This document shows positions 1-8,858 of a DNA stretch of 64,000 nt, in pieces. The translations under genes were made by a program, and so were the position numbers. Within the stretch, counting starts at the first letter, position 1. Every line of letters starts with the position of its first letter. The notes under the pieces were generated by a model, which saw only the letters and a list, made by a program, of their open reading frames with translations, searched no databases and had not been told where the DNA came from. The DNA is from a virus (taxonomy: Duplodnaviria; Caudoviricetes), in IMG/VR virus record IMGVR_UViG_3300031867_000027, positions 28,752 to 92,751 of that record; one strand, 5' to 3'.

Positions 1-63
1 AGAGGACTCAAAATCCTCCGATGTGAGAACATCTTGTGAGTTCAAGTCTCACTATCGGCACCA
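1..63 (+). tRNA. tRNA-Leu(CAA), 5' end truncated by window
   Basis: Anticodon arm GAGGA-CTCAAAA-TCCTC, long variable arm, T arm GTGAG-TTCAAGT-CTCAC, 3' CCA at 61-63. Confidence 0.9.
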
Positions 64-113
64 ATGCAACTTTGACTTTGGCCATGAGTCAATTTTGCCT
101 CCGTAAAGACACA

Positions 114-138
114 AAGAGCAGGCGTTGTCCTGCTTTTT
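114..138 (+). terminator. intrinsic terminator after tRNA
   Basis: AGCAGG...CCTGCT stem followed by T run. Confidence 0.55.
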
Positions 139-183
139 GTGTAAATGGCAATCGTTAATATATATGTAAAGGACGAAGGATTT

Positions 184-822
184 ATGCGGAATTCAGATAA
201 ACTACTGTCTCACTGGATAGGTGATACGCTGCGAAGTATGAATACCCAGCTGTTGAATTATCAATCTACGTGTTGTTGTATAGATATTCTCGGTGATAAA
301 GGTAAAGCTTCCGGTAGATGTTTCTCTGCGGATCCGGATTGTAGTTCGTGTATTAGCAAGTACCTTAATAAAGCAACGTGGGAGCGTGATGAATCAATGT
401 TTATGTGGCACTATAAGATGATACCTTTTCTTTCTAAGAATCTACTTGAATCTCAATGGAACAGGTGTATCGGCATAGCTGAGGATATAGGTCATATCGG
501 TGAGCCAAGAGGTGAGTTCGTGAAACCTGTAATGCAGTATCCGATTCAGCAGTTCCGGGATTACTGCAATATGCTCATCGTAGCTATGGTTCATAATCAT
601 ATTAATGTGAGTGGATCGCAGATAAGCAAGTTGGATGATTGCATAGGCTTTGAGATAGAAACAATTAATCTACATAGAGCTATATTTAAGGATTGGCATA
701 ATTCAGAATATCTTGATATATGCCTTATGAATTTGAAATCCTTAGCTTTCCAAGGTGTGATACCGGAATCCGATTATCAATATATCAAGACTAATGTAGC
801 TGATGCTGAGGTGAATAAATGA
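184..822 (+). CDS. hypothetical protein
   Basis: Long ORF; ATG at 184 has GAAGGA RBS and lies downstream of the AATCGTT promoter motif (track start 145 probably too early). Confidence 0.7.
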   Translation: MRNSDKLLSHWIGDTLRSMNTQLLNYQSTCCCIDILGDKGKASGRCFSADPDCSSCISKYLNKATWERDESMFMWHYKMIPFLSKNLLESQWNRCIGIAEDIGHIGEPRGEFVKPVMQYPIQQFRDYCNMLIVAMVHNHINVSGSQISKLDDCIGFEIETINLHRAIFKDWHNSEYLDICLMNLKSLAFQGVIPESDYQYIKTNVADAEVNK

Positions 823-1535
823 AGGTACTGGAGCTATTCGCAGGTACACGGTCTATAGGTAAAGCATTTGAAGCCAAGGGTCACGAAGTATTCTCCGTAG
901 AATGGGATAAGAAGTTTGAGAATATAGATCTGTACAAGGATATAGGTGAACTGACAGCATCTGAGATACTTGATAAGTTCGGTCAGCCTGATGTGGTATG
1001 GATGAGTCCAGACTGCTCAAGCTATTCTATGGCGGCTATATTCTACCATAGGGTTAAGAATCCGGAAACCGGGAATCTTGACCCTAAGACAGACTATGCT
1101 AAGTTCTGCGATAGGGTAGACCAACACTGTTTAGATCTTATAGATGAGTTAAAGCCTAAATTCTGGTTCATTGAGAACCCAAGGGGGGGGCTCCGCAGTA
1201 TGACCTTTATGCAGGGTTTACCAAGATTTACCGTGTCGTATTGCCAATATGGAGATATACGGCAAAAGCCTACGGATATATGGACTAATCACGCTGATCC
1301 TAAATTCAAACCTTTATGCAAACCGGGTGCTCCGTGTCACGTTGCTGCTCCGAGAGGAAGCAAGACAGGTACACAAGGGTTGGCTAATTCGATGGAGAGA
1401 AGTAGAATTCCGGAAAAGCTCTGTGAACACATCGTTAATATATGTGAGGAATATATTGAATCTCAAACTACGGAACATACACCGGGATATTACAAATCTA
1501 AAGTTGTACAGTATAAACCCAAGAAACTATTCTAA
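819..1535 (+). CDS. C5-cytosine DNA methyltransferase-like (short form)
   Basis: Motif I LELFAG, SPDC catalytic motif, FIENP; ends KPKKLF. Confidence 0.8.
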   Translation: MKVLELFAGTRSIGKAFEAKGHEVFSVEWDKKFENIDLYKDIGELTASEILDKFGQPDVVWMSPDCSSYSMAAIFYHRVKNPETGNLDPKTDYAKFCDRVDQHCLDLIDELKPKFWFIENPRGGLRSMTFMQGLPRFTVSYCQYGDIRQKPTDIWTNHADPKFKPLCKPGAPCHVAAPRGSKTGTQGLANSMERSRIPEKLCEHIVNICEEYIESQTTEHTPGYYKSKVVQYKPKKLF

Positions 1536-1544
1536 GGTGGTCAT

Positions 1545-2135
1545 ATGCGTAAACAGATTCAAGATCAATCCGTGTCATACAGCAAGGGAAATAACAATGA
1601 GTGTTATACTCCGGCCTATGGTGTCCTCCCTATAATCAAGTATCTTCCGAAGGATAAGATAATATGGTGTCCGTTCGATTTAGAGAATAGTCAGTATGTT
1701 ATCCAGCTCAGAAAAGCCGGGTATGATGTTGTATTCTCTCATATTCACTCCGGTCAGGATTTCTTTTATTATGAACCGGATAGGTGGGATGTAATGGTAA
1801 GCAACCCACCATATGAAGGAAAACGTCAGATATTTGAACGAGCTTTAAGCTTTAATAAGCCATTTGCTTTGCTTATGATGAATACTTGGCTTAATGATGC
1901 CGCTCCGAAACAATTGTTTATGGACAAGCAGTTGCAACTTCTGATGTTCGATAAACGTATCAAGTTTATGAATAATGGTGTACTTAGCAACAAGATTACA
2001 TTTTCCAGTAGTTACTATTGTTATAACCTGCTCCCAAGGGATTTGATTATAGAGAGACTTGTTGAACCTAATTTCAATTATATTGATACAATGTCAGAGT
2101 TCTCAGGTTTGCCAAAATCAAAGAAACTGTTTTAA
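1545..2135 (+). CDS. N6-adenine DNA methyltransferase-like
   Basis: ECYTP, IWCPFD, SNPPY; ends KSKKLF. Confidence 0.8.
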   Translation: MRKQIQDQSVSYSKGNNNECYTPAYGVLPIIKYLPKDKIIWCPFDLENSQYVIQLRKAGYDVVFSHIHSGQDFFYYEPDRWDVMVSNPPYEGKRQIFERALSFNKPFALLMMNTWLNDAAPKQLFMDKQLQLLMFDKRIKFMNNGVLSNKITFSSSYYCYNLLPRDLIIERLVEPNFNYIDTMSEFSGLPKSKKLF

Positions 2136-2151
2136 TCAGAGAGGTATATGT

Positions 2152-2496
2152 ATGGGTTCTATATCCTTATTTGCTATCCCAAAAAGCAAAGATGATTCTT
2201 CTAAAACCGAAGATTCTAAGATTGCAGAGCTGATAAAGCGTAGGCGTAGACAGATTTTAGTTCATAGCTTTATTTACTATGAGCTGAATCAGAACATCAT
2301 CTCTGATGCTCAGTGGTCTGCTTGGGCTCAGGAGTTAGAGGAACTACAGTCTAAGTATCCGGATATATCAGATAACACAGAGTTCGCATCCGATTTCAAA
2401 GATTTTGACCATAGTACAGGAGCTAATCTCCGGGATGCATATAATAAGCCTAACATCGTCACCTTGGCATTTCGATTACTGCATTATAAGGAGTGA
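2152..2496 (+). CDS. stand-alone NAD-ligase domain Ia-like protein
   Basis: ILVHSFIYYELNQNIISDAQW..ELEELQSKYP resembles LigA N-terminal YY..D.P.ISD.EYD.L..EL..LE..P; RBS GAGAGGT. Confidence 0.65.
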   Translation: MGSISLFAIPKSKDDSSKTEDSKIAELIKRRRRQILVHSFIYYELNQNIISDAQWSAWAQELEELQSKYPDISDNTEFASDFKDFDHSTGANLRDAYNKPNIVTLAFRLLHYKE

Positions 2497-2502
2497 TATA
2501 TA

Positions 2503-2703
2503 ATGAAGTGTATTCATTGTAAGTACAGAAGGACTCTATATGCAACTGTAGATCTACAGTGCTATTGCAGTCATAGCCCGTTACAGAAGAAGATAAAAGC
2601 TGAGATCATAGGTGATTTGACAGCACCAGACTGGTGTCCGTTGAAAAATACCGAACTATCGGAGAATGCAGATGCTGACACTGAACAGAATATACAATAT
2701 TGA
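2503..2703 (+). CDS. small Cys-rich protein
   Basis: CxxC...C...PDWCPL; AGGAGTGA RBS. Confidence 0.6.
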   Translation: MKCIHCKYRRTLYATVDLQCYCSHSPLQKKIKAEIIGDLTAPDWCPLKNTELSENADADTEQNIQY

Positions 2704-3451
2704 TTGCCTTGAAGGTATGAATCTGATAGATGATAAGTCAATTGATATGATATTTGTTGATTTACCATATCAGAAAACTCACAATTCTTGGGATGTAATG
2801 ATTCCCTTTGAACCAATGTGGGAACAGTTTGAGCGTATTATCAAAGACAATGGAGCGATTCTACTCTTTGGTCAGGATAAGTTTACTGCAAAGCTGATGC
2901 TCTCTAATGAGAAGATACATAGATATAACATCATTTGGGATAAGGTCTTACCCAGCGGTCATCTGAATGCCAAAGTAATGCCTTTAAGATCCCACGAAGA
3001 TATATGTGTATTCTATAAGAACCCCGGCACGTATAACCCTCAGATGCGATTAGGTGATATGTGTCATACAAGAGGTAAAGCCGTAGGTCAAATGGCAAGT
3101 GATGTATCTCAACAGAAGAATTATGGTGACTACGAAATCGTCGAAACCGATGGTAAGTGGAAATACCCTACATCTATATGGACTTTTCAAAAACCACATC
3201 CTTCTACCGCTCTGCATCCTACACAAAAGCCGATTGACCTTTGCCGTTATGCTATCCGCACATACACCAATGAGGGTGATACGGTCCTTGATTGCTGTTG
3301 CGGCAGCGGATCCATTCCATTAGCCGCAAAGCTTGAACGCAGAAATTATATCGGTATGGATAATGGTTTTTCTGAAAAAGAAAACAGACCGTGGGCTGAT
3401 ATAGCTACAGAGCGTATAGCTCAATATAAAGTGAGTAGGAGATTATTCTAA
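2666..3451 (+). CDS. N4C/N6A DNA methyltransferase (beta class)
   Basis: DLPY, HPTQKP, VLDCCCGSGS; ends SRRLF. Confidence 0.9.
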   Translation: MQMLTLNRIYNIDCLEGMNLIDDKSIDMIFVDLPYQKTHNSWDVMIPFEPMWEQFERIIKDNGAILLFGQDKFTAKLMLSNEKIHRYNIIWDKVLPSGHLNAKVMPLRSHEDICVFYKNPGTYNPQMRLGDMCHTRGKAVGQMASDVSQQKNYGDYEIVETDGKWKYPTSIWTFQKPHPSTALHPTQKPIDLCRYAIRTYTNEGDTVLDCCCGSGSIPLAAKLERRNYIGMDNGFSEKENRPWADIATERIAQYKVSRRLF

Positions 3452-4194
3452 TGAGTGAAGTTAAACTATATCAAGGTGACTGTTTAGAGCTAATGAAACA
3501 GATACCAGATAAGAGCGTAGATATGATACTCTGTGATTTGCCGTATGGCACAACAGCTTGTAATTGGGATGTGATAATTCCGTTTGAATCTTTATGGAGC
3601 GAATATAATCGTATTATAAAAGATAATGGGGCAATTGCGCTTTTTGGGAATGAGCCTTTTACAAGTAAGTTGATTGTCAGTAATTTAAAGGGGTTTAAAT
3701 ATCGTTGGGATTGGAATAAAAAAATTCCGTCAGGAATGGGATATGCAAAATATAGACCTATGCAACAGACAGAGGATATATGTATATTCTCAAAAAATGG
3801 TTCAAAAACAAGATATTATCCACAAATGATAAAAAGAGATGAACCAATAAAAAGTGGTGGAAACACAATTCAGACAGGTGTATATTCAGGCTTTAAGTGT
3901 ATGGGAGAAGGAAAAGAATACAAAAAGACATATGATTACAAATTCCCTGTAACGCTTATTGAGTTTGACAAAATACGGCGTGGAGCTATTCACCCTACTC
4001 AAAAGCCAGTTCCTTTGCTTGAATATTTAATCAAAACCTATACAAATGAAGGTGATACCATCCTTGATAATTGCATGGGTAGTGGCAGTACAGGTGTTGC
4101 AGCCAAAAATCTCAATCGAGACTTCATTGGCATAGAGTTAGACGAAAACTACTTTGAAATTGCAAAATCACGAATTTTAGGTAACGTAGAATAG
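3451..4194 (+). CDS. N4C/N6A DNA methyltransferase (beta class)
   Basis: GDCLE, DLPY, HPTQKP, LDNCMGSGSTG. Confidence 0.9.
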   Translation: MSEVKLYQGDCLELMKQIPDKSVDMILCDLPYGTTACNWDVIIPFESLWSEYNRIIKDNGAIALFGNEPFTSKLIVSNLKGFKYRWDWNKKIPSGMGYAKYRPMQQTEDICIFSKNGSKTRYYPQMIKRDEPIKSGGNTIQTGVYSGFKCMGEGKEYKKTYDYKFPVTLIEFDKIRRGAIHPTQKPVPLLEYLIKTYTNEGDTILDNCMGSGSTGVAAKNLNRDFIGIELDENYFEIAKSRILGNVE

Positions 4195-4251
4195 GCAAAA
4201 AGTGGCTCTATTTTTACGATGAAATTCTGCTTTTATTGAAAGGAAGATATA

Positions 4252-5049
4252 ATGAGTAATATACAGTTAATATAGGGCGACTGCCTTGAACATCTCAAAG
4301 ACCTGCCCGACAATAGCGTAGACTTAATTCTTTGTGATCTCCCATATAAGGAAACTGGCAATAAATGGGATAAATCGTTTGATTTAGAAGGGGTGTGTCG
4401 TGAGTTTGAACGTCTAATTAAAGAAGATGGTTGCATTGCCCTTACTGGTACGTTTAGGTTTGGAGTGCAGTTATTCAATCTTATGCCTCATCTCTATAAG
4501 TATGACTGGGTATGGGAGAAAGATAACGGCACAAACGCCCCTAACGTAAATCTTCAGCCATTTAGAATACATGAATTTGTATTTATCTTTGGCAAGGGCA
4601 GAGTGACAAATGGCACAAGAACACCTATGAAGTATTTTCCTCAAAAGACAGACGCTACTCCATATTGTCAAAAGTCGGGCAGAATGAGTGACAACTGGAA
4701 GGGCGGTTTAGGCACTGTTGTAACAAACAATAAGGACGGCAAGCGTCACCCTAAGACAATACAGAAGTTCACAAGAGACAAAGGTGGATTCCACCCTACA
4801 CAAAAACCTGTAGCTTTACTTGAATACCTTATCAAAACATATACAAGAGAGGGGGACTTAGTTCTGGATTGTGTTATGGGTAGTGGTTCAACTGGCGTAG
4901 CAGCGAAGAACCTCAACAGAGATTTTATAGGTATAGAGCTTGATGAAGAATACTTCAAGATAGCTAAGGACCGTATCGAACATCAGCAGAGATTTCCTGA
5001 TATGCCTTATAAGAAACCACAGGAATCTAAGAGTAAGAGATTATTCTAA
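4252..5049 (+). pseudogene. N4C/N6A DNA methyltransferase with in-frame TAG at codon 8
   Basis: RBS GAAAGGAAG then MSNIQLI*GDCLEHLKDLPDNSVDLILCDLPY, in frame with ORF 4393..5049; TAG at 4273-4275; ends KSKRLF. Confidence 0.8.
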
Positions 5050-5062
5050 AGGAGATTTAATA

Positions 5063-5656
5063 ATGGCAAAGGATTGGAAAGGAAACAGCACATCCGTATA
5101 TGCTAACTTAGCAGCAAGTAATCATTCTGAGGAAGATAGAGCAGATAAAGATTACTATGCAACTCCACCATCTGCCGTGGAAGAACTGCTTAGAAGAGAG
5201 TCATTTAACCACTACATATTAGAACCAGCTGTAGGGGGAGGTCATATTGCTGATGTACTGAAGGCTCACGGTTATCAGGTACAGACTATGGATATAGTTG
5301 ATAGAGGGTATCCCGGCACTGAGGTCAAAGACTTCTTTACAGCCAATAAGAATGATTTGAAATGTTCACCGGACATTATAAGTAATCCTCCGTATGCTCT
5401 TGCATCTGACTTTATAGAACATTGCCTCGATATATCTATGGACACTGTAAAGGTTGCAATGCTTCTTAAGATACAGTTCCTTGAAACACAAAAACGATAC
5501 ATTTTGTTCCGAAAACATCTCCCAAAGAAGATATATGTCTTTGTAAATCGGGTGAACTGTGGTAAAAATGGTGTGTTTAGTGGTGAGTCATCAGCCGTAT
5601 GCTATGCTTGGTTTGTATGGGAGAAAGGGTATCAGGGTCTACCGGAGATTGATTGA
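5063..5656 (+). CDS. N6-adenine DNA methyltransferase; frame continues past TGA to 5695
   Basis: DYYATP, ILEPAVGGG, SNPPY, YAWFVWEKG; after the TGA reads IANDEPKSKRLF-stop. Confidence 0.85.
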   Translation: MAKDWKGNSTSVYANLAASNHSEEDRADKDYYATPPSAVEELLRRESFNHYILEPAVGGGHIADVLKAHGYQVQTMDIVDRGYPGTEVKDFFTANKNDLKCSPDIISNPPYALASDFIEHCLDISMDTVKVAMLLKIQFLETQKRYILFRKHLPKKIYVFVNRVNCGKNGVFSGESSAVCYAWFVWEKGYQGLPEID

Positions 5657-5705
5657 ATAGCGAATGATGAACCAAAATCAAAGAGATTATTCTAATATAT
5701 AAAGA

Positions 5706-5731
5706 AAAGCACCTCAATCCGAGGTGCTTTC
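5706..5731. terminator. bidirectional terminator between convergent genes
   Basis: AAAGCACCTC-AATCC-GAGGTGCTTT. Confidence 0.65.
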
Positions 5732-6148
5732 TGATTCATTGTCAATATTCATTTGAGTCTGCACAGCTCTCTGCACAAATTGATTCAGACTTTCATTGTG
5801 CTTTGCAGCGTGATCCGCTATGGTTTGCTTGTAGCCTTTGGGAAAGTTGAGTTCAAAGCGATCATAGGCTTTTTGTCTCCACTTGGCCTTAGCTCTGCCC
5901 TCAGCCTTTGTGTACTTATACGGTTGAGCAGTTTTGCCAGCCGCAGCGCATTCCGGACAATACTTCTGTTTACTTGCAGAAACAACATATTCCTTACCAC
6001 AGATGATACATTTATCGGTACTACCTATGGTCCTGCTTGTCTCAACCCCTGATGCTATCTGCTTTTCAATTCTGCACTCTGGGCAATACTCCGTAGTATC
6101 ATTACCTTGGAATGTAGCTCCACAGTTTTTGCATATACGTTCTTTCAT
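5714..6148 (-). CDS. double zinc-ribbon plus ribbon-helix-helix (Arc/HicB-like) regulator
   Basis: Two CxxCG...YCPEC units; C-terminal YDRFELNFPKG..IADHAAKHNESLNQFVQRAV. Confidence 0.7.
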   Translation of the reverse strand: MKERICKNCGATFQGNDTTEYCPECRIEKQIASGVETSRTIGSTDKCIICGKEYVVSASKQKYCPECAAAGKTAQPYKYTKAEGRAKAKWRQKAYDRFELNFPKGYKQTIADHAAKHNESLNQFVQRAVQTQMNIDNESESTSD

Positions 6149-6198
6149 AGAAAATAATTCAACTCCTTCCTAATATATAATAATGATTATCTGATTCC

Positions 6199-6227
6199 AT
6201 TATATCACAGTTACGGTAGTATGTCAA
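6199..6227 (-). promoter_or_regulatory. sigmaA-type early promoter for the RHH gene
   Basis: TTGACA-17-TATAAT on minus strand; spacer carries GTTACGGTAGTA. Confidence 0.8.
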
Positions 6228-6268
6228 TCTGAGGGATATAATTAAAATATAAATTTATTATTTTCCTA

Positions 6269-6297
6269 TTGACATACGTGTTACGGTAGTATATAAT
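6269..6297 (+). promoter_or_regulatory. sigmaA-type early promoter
   Basis: TTGACA-17-TATAAT; spacer carries GTTACGGTAGTA. Confidence 0.85.
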
Positions 6298-6342
6298 AAG
6301 ATTAGAGAAAACCTAAGACAGCCGAAAGGCAAGGAGGAAACT

Positions 6343-6669
6343 ATGAGATCTATGTTCGATACTAAAAAGACTAAGGCAGAGATGCTACAGATAGTAGCTG
6401 ATGAGTCGAAAACTGCATTCAACGGTACATACGAAGATGGAAGTAGGATACTGAATGAACTGCAAGAACTCAGCTTCAAGGTGGGTGACGGTCATAAGTG
6501 GTGCAATTATGAGAAGTGTGTTACATCTATTCTGATGAGCGCAGAAGCTTCTGATTCTGATAGAGAAAGAGCCTTGATGCTTTATGCCGGGTACAATCAG
6601 TGGTTAGGCAGAGAAGTTGCTTGCACGAATATTCAGAGAGCTCTTATGGGAGAGGAGAATGAGGAATGA
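6343..6669 (+). CDS. hypothetical early protein
   Basis: AAGGAGG RBS behind consensus promoter. Confidence 0.75.
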   Translation: MRSMFDTKKTKAEMLQIVADESKTAFNGTYEDGSRILNELQELSFKVGDGHKWCNYEKCVTSILMSAEASDSDRERALMLYAGYNQWLGREVACTNIQRALMGEENEE

Positions 6670-6830
6670 TCTATACAACATATGCTCCAGATACGGATAC
6701 TACATTCATAATGGAAGATAAGGAAAGACCGGATGGTACCACGGAAACAAGAGTAATGGGTTTCTACTATGGAGAACCCAATGATGCTGATACAGAACGG
6801 TACTACGGAAGTCTGAAAGCGGTGTATTAA
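6666..6830 (+). CDS. small acidic hypothetical protein (54 aa, not in track)
   Basis: MIYTTYAPDTDTTFIMEDK...GFYYGEP...KAVY; ATGA overlap with upstream stop. Confidence 0.65.
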   Translation: MIYTTYAPDTDTTFIMEDKERPDGTTETRVMGFYYGEPNDADTERYYGSLKAVY

Positions 6831-6878
6831 TTTACACCGTTTTCGGTCGTTATAATATAATGAAGGGGGATAACATAT

Positions 6879-7964
6879 ATGAAACGCAAGAACAATACAT
6901 TGGAAAGACCTATACCGTTAAAGCACATAGATCAAGTCAGAGATAGTATTAAGGGCTATGGTGATGTCTACTCTGTTATGGATAGATGCAGAGCCAAGTT
7001 CATCGAATCAGGTATTAGTTGGGATGATAGGTGTTATCTTCCTTTGACTTGTGTAGTTGAGTTCCACAAGAACATTCGTAGCTTAAAGCAGATACCAGAT
7101 TCAGAAGGGTACGTACAGCTCTTGTTTCATACATATCAGTGGAGACAGCATAAGCAGATATATAGTTTTGACTCTACATTTGCAGAAGAATTGGTACAGT
7201 CTGATTCATCTGAGGTAGATACAGCTGTATTTGATAATCTACCATACAATTCTCTCTATGTAGAGATTAAAGATGGATTACACGCAGAGATGGGTAATCA
7301 TATAGTAGGATTTTACTGTTCTTACAACACTCAGGCCTATGCAAATGGTGATCCTGCTTGGGAAAGTGGATTCGCTAATTGCTTACATATAGTATTTGTA
7401 TCATCTAACGGAGCTGTAGTAGGTTGTCCTATCGCATTAGCAAAAGGCATTACTGTTAAGGATTCCCTCAATATGTACCTTCACGAATATGTGAAAGCTA
7501 TGGAAGCTGATCATAGTAGCAAAGATGAAGATGGTAGTTACTTCAATGCGCTAAAAGATGTACTGCCTACACTGTTAAATGCGGCTGTAAACCTTCTGTT
7601 ATATATCTGCTCTGTCAATAATGATATTCAGGAGAATCCGGAGCAGAAGAAAATATATAAAGCACCTTCTGCTTGCAGTATATCTAAGGATAAGCTCAGT
7701 GAAGTCAGAAAATGGGATGTAGGGTATAGAATCGGTAGAATCATAAGAGATTCAAAGAATGAGTCAGATACCAGACCACACGGAACTCATACTAACTCTT
7801 CCACTAAAAGACCGCATTCACGCAGAGGTCACTTCCATCATTATTGGGTTGGTAAGAGAGAATCGGAAGAGAGAAAGCTTATAGTAAAGTGGGTAGCTCC
7901 AATGTTTATTAATGCAAAGATAACTGAGGAAATGCCTGCGGTTATAACTAAGATAGAGTCATAA
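6879..7964 (+). CDS. acrVA2: AcrVA2/FinQ-family protein (anti-CRISPR-like)
   Basis: WR..IY.FD, FDNLPY..LYVEI, HIVGF, LLLYIC, GYRIG, TKRPHSRRGHFHHYWVG, VKW..MFIN in the order recalled for AcrVA2. Confidence 0.7.
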   Translation: MKRKNNTLERPIPLKHIDQVRDSIKGYGDVYSVMDRCRAKFIESGISWDDRCYLPLTCVVEFHKNIRSLKQIPDSEGYVQLLFHTYQWRQHKQIYSFDSTFAEELVQSDSSEVDTAVFDNLPYNSLYVEIKDGLHAEMGNHIVGFYCSYNTQAYANGDPAWESGFANCLHIVFVSSNGAVVGCPIALAKGITVKDSLNMYLHEYVKAMEADHSSKDEDGSYFNALKDVLPTLLNAAVNLLLYICSVNNDIQENPEQKKIYKAPSACSISKDKLSEVRKWDVGYRIGRIIRDSKNESDTRPHGTHTNSSTKRPHSRRGHFHHYWVGKRESEERKLIVKWVAPMFINAKITEEMPAVITKIES

Positions 7965-7969
7965 AGGAT

Positions 7970-8686
7970 GTGAACGTGTTGAAAGATTACATATTAAAGC
8001 AGCTTAGTGTTTTAACAGAATGGAACAATTGTTATGTTGAAGAGGGTGCTGATGGTGCTATAACACTGATAGTTCCTATGCATTTAGACAATACTTATGT
8101 CACGGTTAATATTGATGGTGCTGTAGCAGGATGGTCTAAGAAGCGGATAAATCAGAATGACTATTCTATATCATTCCACATTATGCCTATTAGTGATATG
8201 CAGATTAACATAGAAGTCTATTCCCGTGGTATAATTGCATATGCAATGTTGGAGCAGAAATGTATATCAAATAATCCGGTATGGGTATTCTCTAATTTTA
8301 ACAACACAATTAATGCATTCAACTATGCAGATTATCCGTATATTCAGTTTACAGCATCATACAATGAGAGCAATCAGTTTACCGGATTCATAGCTTATTA
8401 TATAGGCTTAATAAAGAAGCTCATAAATGATGAACCCTATGATTTTACAGATAATGCTACGTATGATAGTGAACCGGAGTATCATAATTTAGCTCCGGAT
8501 GGGGATTTGATAATCACTATTAGTGATAAAACATTCAATATGCTTAAAAAGCTTGGGTATGGTATAAAGCTATCAGATGGTACGCTGTTACATATCACAA
8601 AGAGTATGTTGGGTAAAAAGATAATACGTAAGGATTCTGAACCCACGGTATTCTATCCGCTGAATGAGAGTGATTTTGTGGGTTGA
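7970..8686 (+). CDS. hypothetical protein
   Basis: 238-aa ORF with RBS. Confidence 0.7.
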   Translation: MNVLKDYILKQLSVLTEWNNCYVEEGADGAITLIVPMHLDNTYVTVNIDGAVAGWSKKRINQNDYSISFHIMPISDMQINIEVYSRGIIAYAMLEQKCISNNPVWVFSNFNNTINAFNYADYPYIQFTASYNESNQFTGFIAYYIGLIKKLINDEPYDFTDNATYDSEPEYHNLAPDGDLIITISDKTFNMLKKLGYGIKLSDGTLLHITKSMLGKKIIRKDSEPTVFYPLNESDFVG

Positions 8687-8858
8687 TAAAGACAAGAAAT
8701 GATAGCCACCAGCACTATAAAGCCTACTGAGCCACATAGCTTAGTGGGCTTTTATTTTTGCAAAATTCCAATCGTTATAATATGTAGGGATAAGGTCTGA
8801 ATACAAATAGACCTTATATATGTATACATATTTATAATAGAATGGAGTTGTTGCTGCT

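Noticed and set aside
4273-5656. Genome-wide stop-codon reassignment (TAG=Gln or TGA=Trp)
   Set aside because: Only isolated cases. Long genes are open in code 11, many end in TGA or TAG right before the next gene, and the intron remnant has an in-frame TAA too.
1521-5695. AAGAGATTATTCTAA-like gene ends as DNA recombination or cassette sites
   Set aside because: Variation falls at synonymous positions and always keeps the LF-stop frame; no flanking inverted-repeat structure seen. A peptide motif explains it better, though it is not formally excluded.
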